Source: Acidobacteriota bacterium
GTDB taxonomy: Bacteria; Acidobacteriota; UBA6911; RPQK01; JAJDTT01
Direction of reading: 5' to 3'
Assembly (NCBI GenBank): GCA_965263035.1
Contig: OZ253580.1
Location: 1,696,001 to 1,760,000 of the forward strand
Length of the DNA stretch: 64,000 bases
The notes below the pieces were generated by a model. That model saw nothing but the letters and a program-made list of their open reading frames with translations. It was not told the DNA's origin and did no database searches. Of this stretch, positions 29,143-40,700 are shown piece after piece. Position 1 is the first letter of the stretch; every line of letters starts with the position of its first letter. The translations under genes and the position numbers were made by a program.

Positions 29143-30130
29143 ATGAACGGGCAGAGAAACCAGCAGGAGATCGGCGTTACCCTCAGCAGACTGGGTGTTC
29201 CCGCCGGTGAGATCCGGCGCGTGGAAACGATCTCCGTCCGTCCCGGCCATCGTCTCTACAGAATTCACACTCGCCGACGCTCGTATATTCTCAAGTCGTT
29301 CCCCGTCAAGAACCCGGGAAACGAGATCAAGGGCTACGGTCTCCTCCGGCAACTCGGTGTACCCACCATAGACGTCATCGCGATGACGGGACCGATCGCC
29401 TGCCGGAAGATCTCACCTGTAGCAAAGAGTGGAGGTTGGCCACCGAGCTGGACGCCGGGGATCGGCACGTGGGTCGAGCGGTCGCCCGCTGGTACTGGTA
29501 CTTCCACGAGAAAGGCTCGGCTCTGGCGGAATCCGGCTCGGGGCCGCCGCCGTTCCTCAAACGAGAAGAGGATCTGCTCGATCGCGCCAGCATCGAATCG
29601 GCGGGCCGCGCCTTGGGTCTTTCCCGCCTGGATTCGTGGCGTCTCGCGGCCGGCCACATCGACCTTCTGAAACTCATCCTGTCCAATTTCGGGACGACCC
29701 TGAACTACAACGACTTCCACTGGACGAACTTGGCCCTGAGCAGGAATTCCGGCACCGGAATGGAAGCCATGGTGTTCGACTACGACCTGCTCGGAATCGG
29801 CACCCGTTACAGCGACGTCCGCAATGCGGTGGGGTCCTTGTCGGGGGAAGCGATCACGGGGTTCCAAGAGGTCTACGGAAGCGTCGATCCCGGCGAGATG
29901 ACGCTCGACCGGCCCCTGGCCACCCTGTATGCGCTGGTGTCAGCGGCAAGGATGGCGACTTCCCAAAGTGGGCTGAAGAAAGCAGACAGGCCGTCTTGAA
30001 CGGTACCTTCAAGACGGATCTGCTCCAGGCAGTCGGCTTGGTAAGTGACGAGAGGAAAAGGGATGCGACGATTCCTACGGCCAATCAAGCAACCATAAAA
30101 CCAACCAAGCCGAAACCATACCCGTTATAA
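29143..30130 (+). pseudogene. APH/choline kinase-like phosphotransferase, two frameshifts
   Basis: Three overlapping frames: LYRI...YILK.F, then YNDFHWTN...FDYD, then FPKWAEES. Shifts near 29390 and 29955. Confidence 0.7.
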
Positions 30131-30342
30131 ATCCGACCACTAACTGCTTGATCGTGCTCCAATCGCGTATAGCCATATCGTCAGCGCCATCCTTTCCCCA
30201 AGTTGCCCGTGCATTCGACGGCGGAAAATTCTAATGCATGGGAACCCTCACTATAAACGATCCTGGAAAAGCTGAACGTTTGCGCTACGATGATCGTCAC
30301 TACAACGTCACCCGCGCGAGTTCGGCTAAAGGAGGGACCCCC

Positions 30343-31356
30343 ATGCCAAGAACGATCCCCATTGCCCTCATTTCCGTCCTGTTCGGCGCCACCATGGTGG
30401 CCGTTCAACTGCCTCCCCACGTGATGTTGGACCGCCATCTGTTGCACTCGGAACGGCTGCTGGCTCAAGGAGACCCGGTAAGGGCCCTCGAAGCGATGCA
30501 GAAGGCCCTTGATCTGAAGATGGATCGCGATCTCGAGTTGCCGGAGGATTTCGACTTCAAGTATGCGGAGGTGGCCTTCTCGGCCGGCTCGCTGCAGGCC
30601 GCCATGGACTCCGTGAACCGGTATTTGAGAGTGGCCGCGAGGGAAGACCGCTTCTACCGGGAGGCGCTGGAGTTGTCGCTCGATATCGAGGCCAATCTGC
30701 CGGCACAGAACTCGTGCTCGGACCGACCCAAGGGCGCCGAGTGCTGGATGGAGTTGGCCAAACAGCCAGGATGCCACGTCTGGAATTCCGACCTCCAGCC
30801 CGACGAGACCGTCACCTGGTCATCCATTTGTGCCAGGAGCGTGGCCCAAGGGACGGGGACGATCAAACGAGTCTGGAACAACGGCAAATCAACTGTTGAA
30901 GGAACCGGACGTCTCCAGTACGGCAAGCGGCAGGGCGACTGGGTCGTGCGCGAAGCAAACGGGGATGTCTCGGAAGGACCTTACGTCGCCGGCCTGAAAC
31001 ACGGCCTCTGGGTCGAGCGCCGGGCCGACGGCGCCGTCTGGAAAGGCTCCTATGTGGCCGGCGTGAGGCAAGGCCGGTGGGTCGTCCGCGAAGCCTATCG
31101 CAGCGTCTGGGAAGGACCCTACGTGGACGGCATGAGGAACGGCGACTGGGTCGTCCGCCATGCCGACGGCGGGGTTTGGGAAGGGCCCTACTTCGACGAC
31201 AAGATGCACGGCGATTGGGTCTGGCGCCTTGCGGACGGGGGTGTCTGGAAGGGGCAATACATGTACGGCGAGATGGACGGTGACTGGCTCATTCGCAACA
31301 AGGACGGAAGCACCAGCAACGTCTACTACCGGAACGGTGTGGCGTACTACGAATAG
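30343..31356 (+). CDS. Secreted MORN-repeat protein with N-terminal helical (TPR-like) domain
   Basis: GGAGG RBS, signal peptide, Cys-rich linker, about six 23-aa repeats G.R.G.WV.R.ADG.VWEGPYV. Confidence 0.8.
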   Translation: MPRTIPIALISVLFGATMVAVQLPPHVMLDRHLLHSERLLAQGDPVRALEAMQKALDLKMDRDLELPEDFDFKYAEVAFSAGSLQAAMDSVNRYLRVAAREDRFYREALELSLDIEANLPAQNSCSDRPKGAECWMELAKQPGCHVWNSDLQPDETVTWSSICARSVAQGTGTIKRVWNNGKSTVEGTGRLQYGKRQGDWVVREANGDVSEGPYVAGLKHGLWVERRADGAVWKGSYVAGVRQGRWVVREAYRSVWEGPYVDGMRNGDWVVRHADGGVWEGPYFDDKMHGDWVWRLADGGVWKGQYMYGEMDGDWLIRNKDGSTSNVYYRNGVAYYE

Positions 31357-31434
31357 GTTGGCCCGGAGTTCGGATGTGTTCTGGAGAAATTCGGTTTTTT
31401 CCCGGCGCCGGCCGTGAGTGAACGAAAACAGATG

Positions 31435-31492
31435 GGAGAGGGGGTTTTCAACCCCCAGTTCCGGGGTGGGGGGGGCTGAAAGTCCCCCCTCC
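31435..31492. repeat. REPIN
   Basis: GGAG-AGGGGGTTTTCAACCCCC ... GGGGGGCTGAAAGTCCCCC-CTCC, abutting MITE A copy 2. Confidence 0.7.
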
Positions 31493-31495
31493 TAG

Positions 31496-31662
31496 GAGCC
31501 TGCGCCGCAGAAATTGATCTACTGCGAAAGCGGTAGAATCGGTCCATATTTCCCCGCTTTCTCGGCGAATAGAACGACTATGCACCTCCAAATCGAGAAA
31601 ATCCGGCCTCGATTTCCCGCTTTCCCGCTTTCCCGCTACGATCATTTCTACCGCGCAGACTC
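31496..31662. mobile_element. MITE family A, copy 2 (167 bp)
   Basis: CTAG on both sides. Internal TTTCCCGC triplication. The right CTAG contains the LRR gene stop codon. Confidence 0.88.
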
Positions 31663-34185
31663 CTAGTAGGACGGAAGAGGGCGCCGGAGCGGTAGGACGG
31701 GCAACGTCGTGAAGATCCGGTTGTCGGCGTCCATCTCCAAGGCCACTCCGGTGAACTTTTCGTCTCCCAGCGTGCTGCAGCGCACCGTCCCCGTGAAGTC
31801 GGTCGTATCGGTCCGGGTGAACCACTCATCGATGAACCCGGCTGTCTGTCCGTTTCCTGGCAGCCCGATTTCCTTCTCTTCCAGCACCTCTCCGCCTCGC
31901 ATCAATTGACAGTCCACCTGGATCGGGTCCACGGCCGGGTTCTGGATCGCCGCTCCCGTGTTGATCCCCCCCGCCCGCCGGCGGACGGGAAAGATCGCTT
32001 CCTGGACGGACTCTCCGGCGCCGACACCGGCCACGCCGACCGAGGAGACGTCGAAGCGCAGGACACCGCCGATGAAGCCGTCGGCGACGACCCTCACCGA
32101 CCCGGTCACCAGCTCCCCGCGTCCGTGGGTCGAGAGCGTCACCTCTCCCGAGCCCTGAACGCTTGCCCGCATGATCAGACCGCCGTCCTGCCGCACTTGG
32201 AGATTCTCTCCCAGATCCACCACCGATTCGGGATCGATAAGATGTCCGTTCTGGTCGTAGAAGTGGATCACGGGACGGACCGGAGAGCGGCCCGTGTTCA
32301 CCAGCACCAGGTCGGAGGTGGTGGAAGACCCGTTGGCGAAATGAGGGAAGTTCAGGTATACGGAGTCCCGCGGCCGCGTCCTTGGCACCGACACCACCGG
32401 CATGGTGGTGAAGATCCCGTCTTCGGCATCCATCTCGAACGCCACTCCCGTGAAGCTTCCCCGGCAGCGCAGCGACCCCGTGAAGTCGGTCGTGTCGGTC
32501 TGAGTGAACCACTCATCGATGAACCGGGCTTTCTGCCCATTGGCATTGAATTCCAGTCGCACCTGTTCATACACGCTGCCCTGTCGCATCAATTGGCAGG
32601 TGACCGGCCTGGACCCCTCACCCAGATAGCGGATCGCAGCCCCGGTGTTGATGCCTCCCTCCTGTCGGCGCACCGGGAAGATGGCGTCGCGGAGGGGACG
32701 GCTGGACCCCACGCCCGCCACCCCTATCCCCGGGGCGTCGAAACGCAGGACTCCGCCGATGGGGCCGTCGGCCACGACCCGCGCCGATCCGGTCACCAGT
32801 TCCCCGCGGCCGTGGGTCGAAAGCGTCAGCTCTCCCAAGGGTTCCACGTCCGTCCGGACAGCCAGGGCTCCATCTCCTCGAACTTCCAGGTTCCGTGCGA
32901 CATCCACCACCGACCCGGCATCGATGGGTTCTCCCTCCTTGTCGAAAAAGTAGAAGGAGGGACGGATCGGCTCGGTTCCGACGTTCACGATCACCAACTC
33001 GGAGGTGATGGACGACCCGTTGGCGAAATGGGCGAAGTCCAGGGAGAGCGGTTCCCATAACGTCAGCGTCATGGGGGATCGGACAAGCGTGTAACCGTAG
33101 TGGGGTAGAGGGCGTGTCGGCAGACGCTGGATATCGGCGGTGACGGCAGCGGCTGCATCGGAAGCCCGGGACACCGAACGGGCCGGGCTTTCCGTTTGCC
33201 CTCTGGGAATCGTAAGTCGTCGTGAACCCCCTTCGATGAGAACACCGCCGGTCAGGAGGATGGAAAGGTCGATATCGAAAGGGGCCCCAGTCGGCGCCCG
33301 GGCCTGGAACCGGCCCGGCTCCACCCATTCCAGGAGAACCGGAACGAGCAAGGGGTCGACAGGATTTCCGTTCAGGGAGATCCATTCCAAGGAAACCAGG
33401 CCGGAAAAGAAACCGTCCGGCAAGCTCCTCAACTGGTTTCGGTACAACCGGAGCGCTTTCAGTGCCAAGAGGCCGGAGAATACCCCTTCCGGAAAGCTCT
33501 CCCGGCTCAAGTTGTTGCTATTCAGATTGAGCTCTCGCAACGAGGAAAGGCCGGCAAAGAGGCCGGACGGCAGGCGGCTCAGTTGGTTGCGATTCAGCTG
33601 GAGCAATTCCAATGCGGACAGCCCTGAAAACATCCCTTCCGGCAGACTGCTCAATTGGTTTGATTCCAGAAAAATCCTCTCCAGTGCGGGGAGATCGGCG
33701 AACGTCCGGTCCGGCAGGTTCTTCAGTTCGTTGTCTTGCAGGTAGAGTAGCTGCAAGGAGTCCAGCCCGGAGAAGAGTCCCTCCGGCAGGCTGGTCAGAT
33801 TGTTCCGGGCCAGGTCGATCTCTCGCAACGACGTCAGTCCCGAGAAATCGCCCGCCTTCAATTCCGAAATGATGTCCGGACGAGTTTCCCGCTCATTGAT
33901 CGGTACCGACAAGATGTCTTGCGGTCCTCGCAGATTCAGGATCTCTTCGATCCCGGCCAGGTGCGCTGCGGTCACGTCGGCGCAATCGGTCACCTCGGGT
34001 ATCAGGGTCACGATCTCGTCGCGCACTCGGGGAGTCCGGTCGCAGACCGGAGTCACACCGTTCGCCTGAGCCACCGCTTGCACCGGCAGGGCCGCCAGCA
34101 GGAACAGGGCCCACGCTGCCGGCAGGAGATTGGATTCGGGTCTCCTTGGGGGACGATGCGGATTTGTCGAGGGGTACGTTGTCAT
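31663..34185 (-). CDS. Secreted leucine-rich repeat protein (about 7 LRRs) with two repeated C-terminal beta domains
   Basis: Signal peptide, VCDRT...DC cap, 24-aa LxxLxLxxNxLxxLPxGxFxGL repeats, two 'L.F.HFANGSS..S.LV.VN' domains. Confidence 0.88.
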   Translation of the reverse strand: MTTYPSTNPHRPPRRPESNLLPAAWALFLLAALPVQAVAQANGVTPVCDRTPRVRDEIVTLIPEVTDCADVTAAHLAGIEEILNLRGPQDILSVPINERETRPDIISELKAGDFSGLTSLREIDLARNNLTSLPEGLFSGLDSLQLLYLQDNELKNLPDRTFADLPALERIFLESNQLSSLPEGMFSGLSALELLQLNRNQLSRLPSGLFAGLSSLRELNLNSNNLSRESFPEGVFSGLLALKALRLYRNQLRSLPDGFFSGLVSLEWISLNGNPVDPLLVPVLLEWVEPGRFQARAPTGAPFDIDLSILLTGGVLIEGGSRRLTIPRGQTESPARSVSRASDAAAAVTADIQRLPTRPLPHYGYTLVRSPMTLTLWEPLSLDFAHFANGSSITSELVIVNVGTEPIRPSFYFFDKEGEPIDAGSVVDVARNLEVRGDGALAVRTDVEPLGELTLSTHGRGELVTGSARVVADGPIGGVLRFDAPGIGVAGVGSSRPLRDAIFPVRRQEGGINTGAAIRYLGEGSRPVTCQLMRQGSVYEQVRLEFNANGQKARFIDEWFTQTDTTDFTGSLRCRGSFTGVAFEMDAEDGIFTTMPVVSVPRTRPRDSVYLNFPHFANGSSTTSDLVLVNTGRSPVRPVIHFYDQNGHLIDPESVVDLGENLQVRQDGGLIMRASVQGSGEVTLSTHGRGELVTGSVRVVADGFIGGVLRFDVSSVGVAGVGAGESVQEAIFPVRRRAGGINTGAAIQNPAVDPIQVDCQLMRGGEVLEEKEIGLPGNGQTAGFIDEWFTRTDTTDFTGTVRCSTLGDEKFTGVALEMDADNRIFTTLPVLPLRRPLPSY

Positions 34186-34216
34186 TTGGTGTCTATCCTC
34201 CGGCACGAGGCCCTAG

Positions 34217-34375
34217 GAGCCTGCGCGGCAGAAATTGATCTACTGCGAAAGCGGTAGAATCGGTCCATATTTCCCCGATTTGTCGGCGAATAGAAAAACT
34301 ATGCACCTCCAAATCGAGAAAATCTGGCCTCGATTCCCCGCTTTCTCGCTACGATCATTTCTACCACGCAGACTC
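34217..34375. mobile_element. MITE family A, copy 3 (159 bp)
   Basis: CTAG at 34213-34216 and 34376-34379. Same orientation as copy 2. Confidence 0.88.
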
Positions 34376-34417
34376 CTAGCCTTCGGTCAACTCCTACGTT
34401 CCGGTATCGCTGACAAG

Positions 34418-37129
34418 TCATCTGCGGACCGGAACCATCGGCAGCGTCGTCAAGATCCGGTTTCGAACGTCCATCTCCAGCGCCACTCCCGTGAACTCTT
34501 CGCCGTCCCGGGCCGTGCAACGCACCGACCCCACGAAGTCGGACCGCTTCGGCCCGTCGAACAACTCGTCAACGAAGAGTGCCGCCTGACCGTTCGTCAT
34601 CAACGGGATCAATTTCTCTTCCAGTACCATGCCGCCTTGCAGCAGCCGGCACGTCACCTCCGCCGCGGTCGCTCCCCGGTTGCGGATGGCAACCCCCGTC
34701 CGGATGCCCCCCAAGCGGTTCCGGGCCGGAAAGAGGGCGTCCTGAACCGGTTGACTGGCTCCCACTCCGGCAACGCCGATCTCCGGGATGTCGAACCGCA
34801 GGAATCCACCCACCGGACCGTCAGCGACGACTTTCACCGATCCGTTCACCAGGTCTCCCCGCCCGTGGGTCGAAATGGTGAGTTCTCCCAGGGGAGCCAC
34901 GGCCGTCCGCACGGTCAGGGCCCCGTCGGCTCGGACCTGAAACCGGTCCCCAAGGTCCACCACCGATGCCGGGGCTATGGGTTTGCCCCCATAGTCATGG
35001 AAATAGACGGCGGGGCGGATCGGCCGTGCGGCCACGTTCACGAACACCAGTTCGGAGGAGAAGGAGGAACCGTTGGCGAAGTGGGCGAAATAGAGGTGCG
35101 TGTAGTCTTGATTCCGCTTCTGCGGAACGGAAACCACGGGCAAAGTCGTGAATATGGCCTGTTCGAAATCCATCTCCAGGGCGACTCCGGCGAAAGACGC
35201 CTCGACGGGCGCGCCGCAGCGTACGGATCCCAAAAAGTTCAAGGTGTCGGTCCCGGGGAACAGCTCGTTGATGAACAGAGCCGCCTGTCCGTTCGCCTCC
35301 AACGGGATTTCCGCCTCTTCCAGCACGTTGGCCTCTTGCATCAATTGACACGTTACCGTGATGGGGTCCTCTCCCAGGTTGCGGATCGCCGCACCGGTGT
35401 TGATGCCTCCCTCGTTGCGGCGCACCGGGAAGACGGCGTCCCGTAGGGGTCGGCTGGACCCGACGCCCGCCACGCCGATCCCGGGGGCATTGAAGCGCAG
35501 GACTCCGCCGATGGGGCCGTCGGCTGCGACCCGCGCCGATCCTCTGACCAGTTCCCCGCGGCCGTGAGTCGAAATCGTCAGCTCTCCCAGCGGCTCCACC
35601 GCCGTCCGGATGCTCAGAACCCCGTCTCCTTGGACCTCCATATCTCCCGTGACGTCCACCACCGATCCGGCATCGATGGGATCGCCCTCCTTGTCGTAGA
35701 AGTGGATGGAGGGAAGGACCGGTTGGGTTCCAACGTTCACGATCACCAGGTCGGACGTGATGGAGGATCCGTTGGCGAAGTGAGCGAAGTCCAGGGATTG
35801 CGACTCCCACACCGCCAGCGGCAGGGGAGATCGAATGAGGACGTAGCCGTAGTGGGGTCCAGGGCGTCTGGGAAGACCCGCAATCTCGACGGTGACGGCA
35901 GAAGCGGTATCGGGACTCCGGGAGACCGAAAAGACCGGGCTTTCCGTGTGGCCCGTGGGAATCGTGATGCGGGGCGAGTCTCCTTCGATCGCGGAACCCG
36001 CGGACAGTTCGAGAGCCAGCTCGATCTCGTAGGGGGCGCCGGTCGGGGCCCGGGCCCGGAATCGGCCCGGCTCCACCCATTCCAGGGAAACGGGAACGAG
36101 CAAGGGGTCGCCGGGATTGTCGGCCAGGTTCAACCAATTCAGGGAGGTCAGGCCCGAGAAGATCCCGTCCGGCAGTCGCCTGAGTTGATTCTGATGCAAC
36201 CGGAGTTCGTAAAGGGAGGTCAGGCCGGAGAAAACCCTCGCCGGCAAGTGGCTCAGACGATTCCCCGCCAGGTAGAGACGGATCATCGAGGAGGATCCGG
36301 AGAAGATCCCTTCCGGCAGGGTGGCCAGTCGATTCCATTCGATCCGGAGCCATTCCAGCGAGATGAGACCCGCGAAGAGGCCTTCCGGCAGGCGGCTGAG
36401 TTCGTTGCCGTCGAGCCAGAGCCAGCGGAGCGAGGAGAGCCCTGCGAAAACCCCCGGCGGCAGGCGGCTCAGCCGGTTGCGGTCCAGACTGAGCACCACC
36501 AGGGCGGGGAGCCCGGTGAAGGTCCCCTCCGGAAGTGTGTTCATCTGATTGTCATTCAGATAAAGAACCTGGAGCGACGAGAGGCCGGAGAAAATCCCCT
36601 CCGGCAGGGTGGTCAGCTTGTTGTCCCGTAGGCTGAGACTCGAGAGAGACGAGAGACCGGAGAAGATGCCCTCCGGAAGGCTGCTCGTTTGATTGCTGAC
36701 GATCGAAAGAGACAGTAGCGCCGCGAGCCCGGAGAATATTCCCTTCGGAAGGGTGGACAATTCATTCCGGCCGATGATGATCGATCTCAGCGAAGTCAGG
36801 CCGGAAAAATCCCCTTCCTTCAACTCCTTGATAGGATCGGGGTAGCCAGTGAAAAAGCCGTTGAAGGGACCGTAAAGACTGAGGGAACCTCGAAACGCGG
36901 CCAGATGCTCCTCAGTCACATCGGCGCAATCGCTTACCCCTGGAATCCTTCTCACAATTTCGTCTCGGACTTCCGGAGTCCGGTCGCAAACCGGAGTCAC
37001 CCCGGGCATCTGGGCCATGGCCGGCACCGGGGCGGCCAATAGCAGGAACATGCCCAGGGTCGCGGCCGAAAAGAGAGACTGGGATCTGACGCGGGGAAGA
37101 TGAGGGGTCTTAGGGGGGTGGGTCAACAT
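34418..37129 (-). CDS. Secreted leucine-rich repeat protein (about 10 LRRs), paralog of 31663-34185
   Basis: Same architecture with three more LRR units. GGAGGA upstream of ATG 37129. Confidence 0.88.
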   Translation of the reverse strand: MLTHPPKTPHLPRVRSQSLFSAATLGMFLLLAAPVPAMAQMPGVTPVCDRTPEVRDEIVRRIPGVSDCADVTEEHLAAFRGSLSLYGPFNGFFTGYPDPIKELKEGDFSGLTSLRSIIIGRNELSTLPKGIFSGLAALLSLSIVSNQTSSLPEGIFSGLSSLSSLSLRDNKLTTLPEGIFSGLSSLQVLYLNDNQMNTLPEGTFTGLPALVVLSLDRNRLSRLPPGVFAGLSSLRWLWLDGNELSRLPEGLFAGLISLEWLRIEWNRLATLPEGIFSGSSSMIRLYLAGNRLSHLPARVFSGLTSLYELRLHQNQLRRLPDGIFSGLTSLNWLNLADNPGDPLLVPVSLEWVEPGRFRARAPTGAPYEIELALELSAGSAIEGDSPRITIPTGHTESPVFSVSRSPDTASAVTVEIAGLPRRPGPHYGYVLIRSPLPLAVWESQSLDFAHFANGSSITSDLVIVNVGTQPVLPSIHFYDKEGDPIDAGSVVDVTGDMEVQGDGVLSIRTAVEPLGELTISTHGRGELVRGSARVAADGPIGGVLRFNAPGIGVAGVGSSRPLRDAVFPVRRNEGGINTGAAIRNLGEDPITVTCQLMQEANVLEEAEIPLEANGQAALFINELFPGTDTLNFLGSVRCGAPVEASFAGVALEMDFEQAIFTTLPVVSVPQKRNQDYTHLYFAHFANGSSFSSELVFVNVAARPIRPAVYFHDYGGKPIAPASVVDLGDRFQVRADGALTVRTAVAPLGELTISTHGRGDLVNGSVKVVADGPVGGFLRFDIPEIGVAGVGASQPVQDALFPARNRLGGIRTGVAIRNRGATAAEVTCRLLQGGMVLEEKLIPLMTNGQAALFVDELFDGPKRSDFVGSVRCTARDGEEFTGVALEMDVRNRILTTLPMVPVRR

Positions 37130-37449
37130 GTGATTTCGGTCCTCCGAGGGGGGTCGGTCGTGCTCAGAGAGGCGGGAGGCTCCTCCGAGCAGCATTTCAG
37201 CGCGTTCGCATTACTCAATAGGATGCGGGAATTGTCGATCATTTTGAACCGTACGGATTTCTCACAAGTTCTGAACCACCGTCGCCGTGTTGTTCCCGCA
37301 CGTCTCGTGTTTCGGGCATTGTCCTGAGTTGCACCACGATGCTCACAAAAGGGAATGTGAGTTTTCCGTCCAAAATGGCTCACCGAATCTCAAATTCATA
37401 GAAGCGCTCCCACCAGTTGGCGTCCGGCGAAGTCCCGGAAGGAAAAGGA

Positions 37450-37544
37450 GGAGCGGCGGTTTCCAACCGCCGAACTCCCAAAGGGGCATGGGGGCAGGAG
37501 CGCACGGGGGAATGGAAGAATGGGGGACTACAAGTCCCCCCTCC
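37450..37544. repeat. REPIN
   Basis: GGAG-CGGCGGTTTCCAACCGCCG ... GGGGGACTACAAGTCCCCC-CTCC. Confidence 0.8.
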
Positions 37545-37749
37545 GGGTCTGGAAATCGGGGATCGATTCTGTAAGACTGAGTCTTCTCTCAAGACTGTAC
37601 ACTACGAATGAGCGTCACGGAGCCAACCTGGGACCTATCCAACCGGGAGTTCTGCCAAGTTCCCCATAACTCTGGAGTCCGCATCCCTCGGGCCAGTGTT
37701 TCCCTGCCACCCGGGATAGCCTCGTTGATTCGATCGGGAGTGTCACGTC

Positions 37750-40700
37750 ATGCCGAATAAGAGCTTTATCCGTTCTTGTCTTCCTGGCTCCGGTCGCTCT
37801 CTGCGTCAACCGGGAACCGCGGCCGCGCTGCTGCTGGCCGGCACCGTTCTGCTCCCCGCCCAGACCGACACCGGCACCATCCGGGGTTACGTCTACGACG
37901 AGACCCGGGCCGTCCTTCCCGGCGTCGCCGTCACCGCCACTTATCAGGGCCGGGGCGTGATCCGGGAGACCTTCACCTCGGACCTCGGCGAATATGTCAT
38001 GAGCCGAATCGATCCGGGCCTCTACACGCTTCGCTTCGAATTGCCGGGCTTCGCTCCCTACGTGGTGCAGGATCTGGAGGTCCTGGTCGGAGAAACCCAG
38101 GCCTTCTCCCCGGAGATCGTCGTGGCCGCCGAAGAAATCGTCATCACGGCGGAGGCACGGCGGATCGTCGTCGCCCGCGACAAGACCCAGCAGTCCAACC
38201 ATATCGACTCGGCCAGCATCGAGGACCTCCCCATCAACCGCCGCGACTACCTGGACCTGGCCCTTCTCACGCCTGGAGTCGTGGACTCGAACTACGTGGC
38301 CGACGATCGTGACTTCCGCATCGCCCCGACACCCGCGTCCGGACTCGGCATCGGCGGTGGCGGTGGGCGCGGCAACACCTTCACCATCGACGGGCTGAAC
38401 AACAACTACTCCACCGGGAGCGTCCGGTCCTCCATCAGCCAGGACGCGGTGCAGGAGTTCCAGATCAACCGGAATTCGTTCTCCGCGGAGCTGGGCGGAG
38501 CGCCCGGGGGGGCCATCAACATCGTGACCAAGGGCGGCACGAACGATTACCGCGGATCTATCTTTGGAGTACTCCGCAACCGCCGTTTCCAGGCCCGCAA
38601 TCATTTCGATCCGGCCGAGTCGGCATACACCCGGGCCCAGAGCGGGGGTTCCTTCGGCGGTCCCATCCTGCGCGGCACAACGTTCTTCTACACCTCCTAC
38701 GAACGCCTCGACCGGCACGAGTCGTCGTTCGTTCCCCTGCTCCGGGACAAGTCGTTCCTGTACGAGCTGACGCCCTCGCAGCAGGCTCTGGCCGACGGGA
38801 TCGCCAGCGACTCGGCTCCACCCGAATTCGCGCCACTGGCTCCGTTGGTCGGGTACCTTGCGGAGGCCCTGGTTCCGGGAAACTATCCCCACGTGGTCCG
38901 TCTGTTCGAGAGCAACAGCGGGGTCTTCCCCTTCTCGGAAGAGCGGCAGCAATTCATAACTCGCGTCGACCATGCGATAGGGTCGGCGCACAAACTATTC
39001 TTGCGAGGAAATTGGACGGGACTGAACAGCCAGAATACCAACTTCGGGTCGTTGATCGCCCGCGACCGGGGCCGGAACAACGACCTGAACGATTTCTCGG
39101 TCGCGGTCGGGAACGCCTCGGTGATCAGCCCGGAGTGGATCAGCGAAACCTGGCTGGGGATCGGGTACCACGACTTCGGCGTCTATCCTACCGACCCGCA
39201 TGGACCCTCCATCGACATCAACGGATTCGGCTATTTCGGACGAGACCTCATCCTGCCCACCCGGAACGTGGAACGGACGGGACAGGCGCGGCAGAACTTC
39301 ACCTACGTCTCCGGCGGACATTCGGTCAAATTCGGCGCCGACTACAATCCATTGTACGACCGGGCGCGGTCCGAAACCTTCTTCAGCGGGAAGTTCGTCT
39401 TTGGAGAGGCCATTCCGCTTTCGGTTCTGATCGACCAAGGCGCCGGGTACACCGTCGCTCCATTGCTCAAGGATCTGTTTCATTCGGTCGGGCAGCCCCA
39501 GTTGGCCGCGGCAGTCGATGCTCCCATCTCCTCATTGCAGGCCTACGCGCTCGGCCTGCCCCTGGTCTACCAGCAGGGTTTCGGCGATCCTTTCTACAGC
39601 GGATGGGCCCACACCTACGGCTTCTTCGTCGAGGACTCGTGGCGCGTCCACCAGAACTTCCTGCTGACCCTGGGGCTGCGCTACGAACTCTTCCGCAAGG
39701 CGGGTTTCCCCCGGGACAACAACAACTTCGGTCCCCGGATGGGGTTCGCCTGGAGTCCCGACGCCAAGACCGTGATCCGAGGCGGCTACGGGATCTTCCA
39801 CTCTCGGATCGACGGCCACATCACGTTCATCAACGACCTGCTGGGGGAAGACGTCCAGCAGATCATTCAGGTCTTCATCCCCCTGAACGGCATCCCGGGA
39901 GTCAACAGTGCATTGACCGGAGAGCCGCTCAACTCGGCGGAAATCTATCATACGCTCTTGAACCGCGGCGTCCTGGGCAAGCGGCCGATCACGGCCGAGG
40001 ATCTGGCCCTCCATGGATTCGTTCCAACTCCCGGACTGCCCTTTCACGTCCGGTTCCAGATCGCCGACGACATGGTGAATCCCTATTCCCAACAGGCGAG
40101 CCTCGAGGTTCAGAGGGAGGCCGCCGGATTCGCCCTTTCGGCCGGGTACAACTTCAACCGCGGAGTCCACATCGTCCGACCGCTCGACGTCAATGCCTAC
40201 CGCGCCGGGACCAATGCCCTGGGGCGGCCCGTCGTCGGTTTTCACAACCCGATCATCTTGCAGGACAACATCTACGGCAGTTGGTCCAATTCCTTCTACC
40301 ACGCCCTGATCCTGCAACTGGAGAAACGGTTCTCGGATGGTTTCCTGATCTCGGCTCATCACACCTGGAGCAAGGCGATGGACGAGATCACCGATTACAA
40401 CACCTCGTTCCAGCCACATTTGCAATGGGACGCCGCGTCGGAAATGGCCTTGTCTTCCTACCATCGCGGGCACCGATTCGTCGTCCGCTCCATGGTCCAG
40501 CTTCCCTGGAAGGCCGGCCGGGGAAAGGGCTTTCTCGACAACCTGCTCGGGGATCTAACCATCTCCGGGATTGTCACGGCACGCTCGTTCGCCCCGTTCA
40601 ATCTCAATACGGGTTACGACAACGTAGGGGACCGCCACAACGACACCCACCGGCCCTGGGGCGTGGGCCGCAACGTGGGGATCGGACCCAACTTCTTCAG

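Noticed and set aside
31663-37129. Diversity-generating retroelement acting on the LRR genes
   Set aside because: No reverse transcriptase and no template/variable repeat pair with adenine-specific differences was seen.
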